A DNA stretch of 64,000 nt from a virus (lineage: Duplodnaviria; Heunggongvirae; Uroviricota; Caudoviricetes), in IMG/VR virus record IMGVR_UViG_3300037418_000775, positions 28,636 through 92,635 of that record; one strand, 5' to 3'. This document shows positions 1-8,700 of this stretch, in pieces. A program made the translations under genes and the position numbers. Under the pieces are notes generated by a model. The model was not told where the DNA came from, ran no database searches, and saw nothing but the letters and a program-made list of their open reading frames with translations. Every line of letters begins with the position of its first letter. Position 1 is the stretch's first letter.

Positions 1-428
1 ATCGCCTGCTCAACGCCGTGTCGGCTCTCAGCCTGTATGGTATCAATGGTTACGAGGTGCGGCAAAGCAACAATCTTTACTACCTGGTCACGCCTCTAGC
101 GAACCGTGACCTGGGCGAAATCGTCTGCATGATCGCCAAGAAGAACCTGCTGGAGAGCAAGGTCCAGTCGTCCTTCGAAGCCGCCGAGGCTTGGAAGTCG
201 AACGAGATCGAGTTCACGGCAGACCCGTCGCGCTCTATCCAAGCGGCGACGTTGTTCGCGGCTGACCTGGACGAGATGCTTCGCCACCGAGCGAACGGAT
301 ATATCATCAGTTCGCGTTCGTCGCACCACGCTACGGGTGAGTTCGATTCCTTCTTCAATACCTCGGGCATCCTCCCGGTGTACTCGATGATTGTCTCGAA
401 CTACAACGCTTTCGGATGGTGGCTCTAA
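1..428 (+). CDS. Hypothetical virion protein, open at the window start; possibly the C-terminal part of a capsid or head protein
   Basis: Frame-3 ORF with no upstream stop inside the window; sits at the start of the structural module. No diagnostic motif. Confidence 0.35.
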   Translation, partial: RLLNAVSALSLYGINGYEVRQSNNLYYLVTPLANRDLGEIVCMIAKKNLLESKVQSSFEAAEAWKSNEIEFTADPSRSIQAATLFAADLDEMLRHRANGYIISSRSSHHATGEFDSFFNTSGILPVYSMIVSNYNAFGWWL

Positions 429-856
429 GGGAAATGCCGTTCGATCTACGTCGAATCAAACAGCGCACCGACCAAGTCTTCAACCGTACAGCCAAGACCA
501 TGGCGATGTACGTCCGAAATTCCCCGGCTACCCCGCCAAGTCCCACAGCGGACTTGTTCGCGGCGGATACCGAGCCCTCCGAACCTGGTGAGTTCACCAA
601 GTACTTCTTCCGGGGTCAGTTCAAAGAGAAGGTGGAGGAATCGTATGAGGCAGGCGGCTACGTCCGCTCTGTCAAGGCGTCCATCACCGTTCCTATGGAA
701 TGGCGAGGGTTGCTCGCGCAGGCCTCCTACATTGACCCCTACCTAGACGGGTCGCGGTTCAAGAAAGTTGGACAGGCGATTGCTCAAAACCGCCTCTACA
801 TCATCCAGGAACTCGAATCCGTTTCGCTAGGCAGTTTGACGGAGGTGCCGTTGTAG
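416..856 (+). CDS. Hypothetical head-tail connector or adaptor-like protein
   Basis: 146-aa ORF abutting neighbouring genes, between head and tail genes; the start codon is uncertain. Confidence 0.4.
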   Translation: MVALREMPFDLRRIKQRTDQVFNRTAKTMAMYVRNSPATPPSPTADLFAADTEPSEPGEFTKYFFRGQFKEKVEESYEAGGYVRSVKASITVPMEWRGLLAQASYIDPYLDGSRFKKVGQAIAQNRLYIIQELESVSLGSLTEVPL

Positions 857-857
857 T

Positions 858-1412
858 ATGCCCATGACTAGGGACCAGGCCAGCACTCAGAACCTGGTCA
901 ACTCCGTTCGGGACTTCATGCTCCCGAACATCATCACCCCGTACACCACAGAAGTGACGGGTAAGCCGTATGCAGGGGAGCCTGTCGTGGTGCTCGATGA
1001 GCCCGACGACACGGCTGTCCACCAAGGTGCTCCCACGATTGTGATCGAGTTGCCCGTGGACCTCAAAGCCCCGCTTCCCATTGGTATTGGGGACGGCGAG
1101 GTATGGCGACAGAAACTCTTTCACCTTTCGGTCTTCCCGGCCATGAACCAAGACGGGGTAGACGCCGGAAAGCCCTCGATTCAGTCTGCGGCCATCCTTC
1201 ACAAATACTTTGATTACGCACTTGGAACCGCTCTCGTTATCCCGATTAACGACTATTCTACTACCCCGACAACTACTGCCGTAGACTACGCCTACGTCGA
1301 AGACCAACGTCTTATCAAACCGCGAGGGGCTTACAGCAAGACCCTCGCCCTCACGCGCCACCGTTTCGACTATTCCTTCGTGCTGAAGTATGCAGTAACG
1401 ACGATTAACTAA
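858..1412 (+). CDS. Hypothetical structural protein (head closure or neck candidate)
   Basis: 184 aa; GGAGG about 10 nt upstream of ATG 858; abuts the neighbouring genes. Confidence 0.45.
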   Translation: MPMTRDQASTQNLVNSVRDFMLPNIITPYTTEVTGKPYAGEPVVVLDEPDDTAVHQGAPTIVIELPVDLKAPLPIGIGDGEVWRQKLFHLSVFPAMNQDGVDAGKPSIQSAAILHKYFDYALGTALVIPINDYSTTPTTTAVDYAYVEDQRLIKPRGAYSKTLALTRHRFDYSFVLKYAVTTIN

Positions 1413-2077
1413 TGCCTGTTTTAGGGCTGAAGGTCAACACCTCTCGGTTAGAGAGCAAACTCAAAGCATACGTCCGCGAAGTACAAGCCAAAGTCGAAAC
1501 TGAACTCCCGGCAATCGCCGCTGAAGTTCTGGAAGATATCCGTGCCCGTACTCCCTCACCGGATACGGAATACGAGTATCTGATGACAGGCGGTGGCACC
1601 TCAGGTGGTGTTTCTAAACTCGTCCCCCGTGCTGGTGACCGCTCCGGGGATAGCGATACCGCGAAGTCGGGTGCCGAGCGTATTCGCTTTATGCGTAACC
1701 CTGGACTGTGGCTGCACGACCTGGTAGTGGACCCAAGAACCTTCGAAGTGGATACTGCTACCATGACAGTACGCATCGGAAAGGTTCCAGAACTTGAAGC
1801 CTTGTCGAAGTTCTCCTGGCAGAACCGCGACCGTGCGGGTAACGAATACCCGAACGAGTCGCCCTACGGTGTCTGGAGTTTCTTCGAATACGGCACCGAG
1901 CATGAAGTATCCCCGCGTGGTATCGGGTACCCCCTGCGTCCTGACGACATGACGCATCACTTGGATATGCCCTACTCCATGTTCAAGTCTTACCCTCGAT
2001 TCGGAATGTATTCCGATTTCAACAAAAGCACGTTCATCGAGGCCGTAAAGTTACGGATACGGGACGTGAAATTCTAA
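1412..2077 (+). CDS. Hypothetical structural protein (tail completion or terminator candidate)
   Basis: 221 aa; its ATG overlaps the upstream stop (TAATG), suggesting translational coupling. Confidence 0.45.
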   Translation: MPVLGLKVNTSRLESKLKAYVREVQAKVETELPAIAAEVLEDIRARTPSPDTEYEYLMTGGGTSGGVSKLVPRAGDRSGDSDTAKSGAERIRFMRNPGLWLHDLVVDPRTFEVDTATMTVRIGKVPELEALSKFSWQNRDRAGNEYPNESPYGVWSFFEYGTEHEVSPRGIGYPLRPDDMTHHLDMPYSMFKSYPRFGMYSDFNKSTFIEAVKLRIRDVKF

Positions 2078-2095
2078 CCATCTTAGGAGATTCTT

Positions 2096-3958
2096 GTGGC
2101 AACTAAAACCACTTCGATTATTCCGTTTAACGTAACTTCGATCCCGGATCGTCTTACGATGGTGTTTTGCGCGAACAAGACGAATGTCGCTACCAGCAAG
2201 GGTAGTGGCGGTTCGTCTGCGTCCGTGACGAGAATCAATCGTCTGCAAAGCGCCTCGTTTGGTGAAGACACGAATGTTGACGAAGTGACGGAAATGGGTG
2301 CCCAGTTCCGTGTCGGCGGTGTTGATGAACTTGGTGAAGCCAAGGTCAAACTCGACTGGAACGCGGTGGGCATCGGTAACCTCGCGGCACTCACGGGCAC
2401 GACGGTCAATACGGCGGCTGGTTCTACCACGACCATCGGTTTGACGCAGTTGCAGAGCGCCCAGGTTGACCTGTTCCGCCTTGTGGCCGACGTAACGAAC
2501 ACCGTCTTCAAGACGACCTACGCGCAAGATGCGGTCATCGTTGACTGGACTGTTGACGTTAAGGACAAGGGTATGCCCATGGAGGGTCTGTCCTTCCAAG
2601 GCCCGGTAGTCGAGGACTTCCCCGGCTTCGTCATCCCTACGGTCCACCTCAGCACGGCAGGCGACGCGTCTGGCGGCTATCTGAACGTGTCTGACGCTAT
2701 TGGCACGAACGAACTGCCGATGGCCGTCTACCAGCCTGGTCCTACGGAAGCCCCGTCGTACTGGAGCGAGAACGGCGCAAACTACTTCCTGAAGATCGAG
2801 AAAGTCCCGGGTGCGAACCTGGCCAACTCCCCGATCCGCTATTACGAGTATGTGAACGCGACCTTCCAGTCGGCAGCAGCGGTTTCCAGCACGGCGTACA
2901 TCACGCCGAGTGCGTTCATCAAAGAACTGATGACGGTCGGTACCAAGGTACAACTCGAAGTCCCGGGCTCGGCTAACGCCGAAGTCGTGACTATCACGGC
3001 GGTAGCCTCGCAAGTCAATACGAACTCTGGTTCGTCCTCGGCGGTGGCTGGCTCGGCAACGATCACCCCGGCCTCGATGCTGGGCATCTTCCCGGGTGTG
3101 ACGCTGACCTGCGTGAACAGCGACGGTTCGCAGTCTGAGAACCTTCAGGTTACGTCTACCACGTCAACCACGTTCACCGCGACGTTCACCAAGACCAAGA
3201 CAGCGGGCTTCCTGATCACCTCGGCGGCTCCGTCCTTCCAGGCGAACGTGACTAAGACGCACTCGATTGGTGCGGCCATCTATCCGTACTTGGCGCAGGC
3301 TTCGAACGGTGTGGGTTACGCGACCTACTTCCCGACCGGAACCAAACTCTACATCGGTGATACGATCACGGCAGGCGATGCGTTCCGCCTCACCTTCCAC
3401 TCGTACAACACCGATTCGTTCCCGACGACCATCCCGACGAACTCGCCGGATACGGCAGAGCGCCCGGGTGTGTCCTACCGCGTTGTTCCGATGAACATCA
3501 ACGGTGGCACGGAGCGCGGCTTCAACAGCGCGTCGTTCAAGTACTCGCTGAAGCGCGATCACGTCAACGGTCTGGGCGACAAGGCCATTGTTTACGGTGT
3601 ACCCTCGGTGCCCGACGTGGCAATCTCGCTCGACGCGAAAGAACGCACGGCGAGCCTTCTGGCCCGCCTGCTCACGGGTTCTCCGAACCTCACGGGTTCT
3701 CCGACTCCGGGTACTACCCTGTCGGACAATCAGGAGTTCTCGTACCTGACGCGGCGTGGCCTGAAGACGGCCATCCCGGTCAGCGTGGTTGTGAACGACC
3801 CCTACAACGCGGGTGCGGTGCTCTGCACCTACTCGTGCCCGCAGTTCGTCGTGAAGAACATCTCGCTCGACAGTTCTGCGAAGGCGGACAATACCTGGAA
3901 GATTTCTGGTATTGACATCACGGGCAACATGACCGTGAGTTACACGGCACCGCAATAA
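2096..3958 (+). CDS. Major tail protein with C-terminal Ig-like (BIG-like) domains
   Basis: 620 aa; GTG start with AGGAGA 6 nt upstream. The C-terminal half has Thr/Ser-rich beta repeats typical of Ig-like folds. It lies immediately before the chaperone pair and tape measure gene, as in siphovirus gene order. Confidence 0.5.
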   Translation: MATKTTSIIPFNVTSIPDRLTMVFCANKTNVATSKGSGGSSASVTRINRLQSASFGEDTNVDEVTEMGAQFRVGGVDELGEAKVKLDWNAVGIGNLAALTGTTVNTAAGSTTTIGLTQLQSAQVDLFRLVADVTNTVFKTTYAQDAVIVDWTVDVKDKGMPMEGLSFQGPVVEDFPGFVIPTVHLSTAGDASGGYLNVSDAIGTNELPMAVYQPGPTEAPSYWSENGANYFLKIEKVPGANLANSPIRYYEYVNATFQSAAAVSSTAYITPSAFIKELMTVGTKVQLEVPGSANAEVVTITAVASQVNTNSGSSSAVAGSATITPASMLGIFPGVTLTCVNSDGSQSENLQVTSTTSTTFTATFTKTKTAGFLITSAAPSFQANVTKTHSIGAAIYPYLAQASNGVGYATYFPTGTKLYIGDTITAGDAFRLTFHSYNTDSFPTTIPTNSPDTAERPGVSYRVVPMNINGGTERGFNSASFKYSLKRDHVNGLGDKAIVYGVPSVPDVAISLDAKERTASLLARLLTGSPNLTGSPTPGTTLSDNQEFSYLTRRGLKTAIPVSVVVNDPYNAGAVLCTYSCPQFVVKNISLDSSAKADNTWKISGIDITGNMTVSYTAPQ

Positions 3959-3996
3959 CAGATAAAGTGTCCTGGTAGTTGCGACCACTAGGGCTA

Positions 3997-4026
3997 GAGG
4001 GGACTCTTCGGAGTCCCCTCTTATTG
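3997..4026 (+). terminator. Rho-independent terminator
   Basis: Stem GAGGGGACTC / loop ttcg / GAGTCCCCTC, followed by TTATTG. Confidence 0.6.
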
Positions 4027-4067
4027 TCTGTTGAACATGATACATAGATTTATAAGAGGACAGGACT

Positions 4068-4676
4068 ATGAGAACTTCTACGCGCATTTTTCCTCACACC
4101 CCGAAGGATGCCAGTAAGAACCGACCCTCCACACGGCAGGGTGGCTTGGCCTACGAGGTGTCCGAGGCAGTTTATGAGATATTTCGGGAGACTACAACCG
4201 TCGCCTACCAGGCCGCCCAACGGGCCTATCCCCGTGAGAAGCGGGACCGGGACGAGAACGTGCGCTACGCCTACGAGGCCGCGCACGATGAAGCCAAGGG
4301 CTATCTGACCTACTACAAGACGATGGTTCGGGACAAGATGCTCCCGCTGGTGCGGCTGAAGAAACACGCCGCTGCCTACGATTTCTTCCCTACGGACTTT
4401 GAACTGGATGAGAAGGGTAACCCTCTGACTCGTCACTACCAGGACCGACCGACCTGGCAGTTACGAGGCATGATCGTGCTGAACGCCTTCCGGCGTCTGC
4501 ACCAGGACCTGGTCAAGTGGGTACCTCCGATGCCTGAAGAAGAGGCAGCGCGGTACGTTCGTATGCTGGATGAAACCTTTGCCGATGGCCGCAAACGGCT
4601 GTTGGAATTTCTGTCGTTCTATGAAGCCGACCCCGTGTTGGCCGAGGACGGCAGTCACGTAAACCTGATAGATTAG
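4068..4676 (+). CDS. Tail assembly chaperone candidate (G-like position), helical and charged
   Basis: 202 aa; AAGAGGA RBS. It occupies the slot between the major tail protein and the tape measure gene. Frame 2 of the next gene is open across its last 17 codons. Confidence 0.35.
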   Translation: MRTSTRIFPHTPKDASKNRPSTRQGGLAYEVSEAVYEIFRETTTVAYQAAQRAYPREKRDRDENVRYAYEAAHDEAKGYLTYYKTMVRDKMLPLVRLKKHAAAYDFFPTDFELDEKGNPLTRHYQDRPTWQLRGMIVLNAFRRLHQDLVKWVPPMPEEEAARYVRMLDETFADGRKRLLEFLSFYEADPVLAEDGSHVNLID

Positions 4677-4693
4677 AAAAGGAAAGAGAACTT

Positions 4694-5350
4694 ATGAGCA
4701 TGGATGCCCTTCAGCGCCTCGTCGCCAAGACGCGGCCCTTCAAGACCTTTACCCTCAAACTGGAAGGTGGGGATGAAGCCTTTCAGGTTCGTCGCACCAG
4801 CGTTCTGGAGAACGAACAGATCAACCAAGTCTACACGAAGACCTACGACGAAGCCGTAAAGCGCGTCCAGGATGACACCTCGGTAGATTACTCCCTCATG
4901 CACCGCGACCTTGCCAAGCGCAAACCGGAAGAGTTAGCGAAATACATCGCAGAGGCTACCCGGCCAGACATCGAGAGCGATGTACGCGATCTCTATGATG
5001 CGCCTTCGGAAGAGGCAGATGACAAAGAGGTAGCCGAGTACGAGGCGATGATCGAGAAGCGCACGAGCGAAGAGGTCGAAAAGTTCGCTGCAGAACTCAA
5101 GACTCATTCGATGGACGAGTTGCTGGAGAGCGCGCTGGATAAGCGTGAACACTTCCAGGCTCTGTACGAGGCGAATCGCGCCCGTATGCGGCTGATTGCC
5201 TCGCTGACCATCTACACGACTGACGGTGAGCGCCTCTTCCCCACGACCGACGATGTCGGTGCGCTGGACGAGAAGACGCTTAACGACCTCATCAAAGCGG
5301 CGAGTGATGCTCTCGCGAAAGATGACAGGGTAGCCGACCCTTTGAAATAA
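4694..5350 (+). CDS. Acidic tail assembly chaperone candidate
   Basis: 218 aa, strongly acidic, with its own RBS (AAGGAAAGAG); sits immediately upstream of the tape measure gene. Confidence 0.4.
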   Translation: MSMDALQRLVAKTRPFKTFTLKLEGGDEAFQVRRTSVLENEQINQVYTKTYDEAVKRVQDDTSVDYSLMHRDLAKRKPEELAKYIAEATRPDIESDVRDLYDAPSEEADDKEVAEYEAMIEKRTSEEVEKFAAELKTHSMDELLESALDKREHFQALYEANRARMRLIASLTIYTTDGERLFPTTDDVGALDEKTLNDLIKAASDALAKDDRVADPLK

Positions 5351-5448
5351 GTTCTCTTCCTGCAATTCGACGTGCCCTCACCATCGCTTCGGCGCTTGGT
5401 GGAGGGCACGAATCGTTTCTGTGGGCCCTGGAAGAGGACCCGTTTGTT

Positions 5449-5688
5449 ATGGAGGTACTGTTCCTCGCTTGCAATCGTAAGTCAATGCAAGAGGCGTTGG
5501 GATACGTACCTGCTGATGAGATGCCCACCCGCGAGACCCTTCAAGGGTATCGCACAAACCGTCCCCCGGAAGAGGACCTTGCATGGGCAGCGGACCTCTT
5601 TCCACAACTCTGCGCGTGGTACGCAGACCGGGAACGCAAGAGAAAAGATCAGGAGAAGCGCCGAGCGCGTGAGCGAAATCACGGCTAG
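5449..5688 (+). CDS. Hypothetical small protein
   Basis: 79 aa; its start context TTATGGAGGTAC is identical to that of the tape measure gene; overlaps an alternative frame-2 ORF (5372..5695). Confidence 0.25.
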   Translation: MEVLFLACNRKSMQEALGYVPADEMPTRETLQGYRTNRPPEEDLAWAADLFPQLCAWYADRERKRKDQEKRRARERNHG

Positions 5689-5701
5689 GGCTTAATGCGT
5701 T

Positions 5702-5736
5702 CCCCTCTGACCTAGTAGTCAGGAGGGGATTTTTTC
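5702..5736 (+). terminator. Rho-independent terminator or attenuator upstream of the tape measure gene
   Basis: Stem CCCCTCTGA / TCAGGAGGGG, followed by TTTTTT. Confidence 0.55.
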
Positions 5737-5743
5737 TTATTTT

Positions 5744-8700
5744 ATGGAGGTACCCGTGGCTGACGAATCTGATGTCCTAATATCAATGGCCTTGGACCTG
5801 ACGAAGGTCCGTGAACAGGTTGACACCGTCAAGAAGATGTTCAAGGAACTTAATGACGGGTCTGTCTTTAACAACCTGAACCGTGCTACCGGGCCAATGG
5901 TTACGAACATCAAGAATGTCCGTAGCGAACTGGCAGGTCTGCGGAACGACATCGTCGCCCTCAACCGCATCAAGTTTGAGATCAACCCCTCCATAAAGAA
6001 GAGTGCCGAAGCCACGACGGACCTCGGGGTCGCTGCTTCTACTGCCGCTGCCAAAGTCAAGACCGCCAACAAGGAGATTATCGCCTCGAATACTGAGGTG
6101 GCTGAGTCCTTCAGGAAGGTCAAGAGCCCGATCCTCCGTGAGGCTCTGGGCGGGCGGATGGACTACGCAGCCAAGGGCTTCGGCGTCCAGGACCAGATCA
6201 AGGCCGGGAACCGCAGCGTAGATGTTCGGGAGTGGACGCGCCAACTCCGTTCCCAGGCGGAGTATCTCTCGGCTCAGAAGGTCGTCAATGACCTGGTAGC
6301 AAAAGAAGTCGGGGACCGCGAGAGCATCGCTGAGGTCCAGCGTCAGATCAACGCCGAGGCCAAAGAGTACGCGGATATACAGAAGACGATCAAGGAGAAC
6401 AATGCCTTCTCTGCTCAAGAGCAGGTCGGCAATCAACTCCGTGCCGCGCAGGTCATTGCCCGTGATATCAACCGCCAGGGTGGTATTCGTGCCGCCGCCA
6501 CCAACCTCTTTAACGAGGCAGATGGGGCCATGTCCATGGAACAGGCGCTTTCGCACGTCCGTGGGCTTGCAGATGAGGCAGAGAAATACGGCTTTGCCAT
6601 CCGGCGTAGCACGTCGTTCTGGGACGTGCAGATTCAGAAGTTCGGCCAGCACCTCGTCCAATGGACGGCATGGGGTGCCATCATGGGCACGACCTTTGCG
6701 GTTCTTGAAGGCATCAGTAAGACGATGTCCACCATCGTCAAAGAGTCTTCTGAGTTCCAGGTTCAAAGCGTCATGTTCGGGGCCAGCCAGAAAGCGGCTC
6801 AGTTCGTAGGGGATAAGAGCCCCCTTATCAATAGTAACGCCATGCTGACGGATGCAATCCGTCTAGCGACCCAATACGGCGACCACGTCAATACTGTAGC
6901 CCAGGACCTGCAACTCTGGACGAAGCAGACCAATGACTACAATGCGGCGCTCGCTCTGACGAACGAGACCCTGAAGTTCCATCTTGCTACCGGGACACAG
7001 TTGGAAGACGTGTACCGTACCATCACGGCTCTGCAATCGCAGGCCTCCAGCATCCCATTTTCATCCGGCGATAGCAAAGGTTTCACTTTAGCCGATGTTC
7101 CGCAACTCCTGCAGGAGATTACCTCTGAGTCACTTGTGATGGGTGCTGGCCTCCATCAGGTATCGGAAGCAGGCACGGAAATGGGCAACTCGCTCAACAA
7201 CTCCGCAATTCTGTATCTGAAGGCTCTTGAACAGGACGCAGCCGCTCTTGCCTCGCTCCATTACTCGGTCGAGGACTCTATCGCACTTAACGCCGCGCTG
7301 ATTCAAGCCTTCGGTAACACGGGTGTCGCTGCTGAAGAGGCAGGCGACAAACTCCAGCGTATCGTCGGTGGTCTTGAGCGCCTGTCAACCTCCTCTGGAG
7401 TGGCCGGGTTGAAGAAGGCTGGTATGTCCGTACAGGACATCAATAAGTACCTGTTCTCGGGCGGCGATATCCTGGAGAAGTTCGCTAAGGACTGGGATAA
7501 ACTCGGTACCCCGATGCAGAACTACATCTCTCTGGCTATCGGTGGAACTCGTCAGACTGACGCCTTCCACACGGTACTAGAAGCGTATTCGCGGGATATT
7601 GATAAGGCTCGTAAGGCCCTTCAGGATAAGAACGCTGAGGACGACCTGGCAAACCAAATGGCTGGTACCTACCAGGTCCAAACGCAGCGTCTGAACGCAG
7701 CGTGGGAAGGCTTCTCTATCGTCATCGGTACGATGGTTATGCCTGCCATGACCGCCCTGATCCAGTACGTGACGAACACCGCCATCCCTGAGATGGAATC
7801 CATGATCGGGCTTCTGGCGCTGTCTGGCAAGTTCGCCACCATGATCCCTGCGGCTAATGTCGCCAAGGCGAAGGAACTCCGTCCTTCTGCGGACCTTCTG
7901 AAGAACCAGAAAGCCGTGGTAGCCGCTGACAAGCAACTTCTCGCCTCCGACTCTCTGGAGAGTGATATCAAGCGAGATCAGGCTAAACTTCAGGCTGACC
8001 AGGCGTACCTTAACAACCTCTTTGCTCTAGAGGCGAATTACCAGAAGATTCGCGGACAGGCCGCCTCGCAACGGGCGGAACTGTCCTACTACTTTGGGTT
8101 CTCGGGCAACGCAATCGGAACGGCTCCGCAGAATTACGTCAACCGCTTCGGCTACACGAAGGCCCAATGGGAGAAACTCGGCCACTCTGCTAAGTCGTTC
8201 ACCGCGACAGACCCGAACCTTGACCTCCATAAAGCCCGTGTGTCAGGCAATCTCGACATTCTGGGACAGGGCATCTACGCCGGGTGGCAGGGTGCCATGA
8301 ATCCGAACCAGGTCTTCGACGCGGCTGCTGCTCTTGAGAAGTACAGAGACCTAGCGAAGAAGGTCCATTTCCCGGGTCCTCAGGCCCCTCCTGACGCTTC
8401 CTCTACGAAGGGTGTGGCCAAGGACTACCAGGACTATGCTGACGCGGTACGCGACGGAAGTGCCGCTACTGCGCTTTACATTGACAGGCAGAAACTGGCT
8501 GTCATGGCCGATGAATCGCATATCAAGGTTCTTCAAGAGAAACTCAAGATTGAGCCACAGAACCTCAGTCTGGTGAAGCAGATCATCGCCACTAGCGATG
8601 ACCGTGTGAAGCACCTTAATGAAGAAAACGCTGGCATAAACGCTAATATACTCGGCCTTCAGGGTCAGATCAACCACGCCAAAGATATGGCGAATGCCTC

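Noticed and set aside
5783-6766. Long antisense ORFs inside large genes (for example 5783..6766 minus, 2051..3013 minus, 3164..4087 minus, 12406..13386 minus, 10571..11353 minus, 26700..27719 plus)
   Set aside because: They lie entirely within, and antisense to, strongly supported genes (tape measure, major tail, Tal, RNR). They are stop-poor shadows expected at this GC content. They have no RBS and show biased Arg/Pro/Gly composition.
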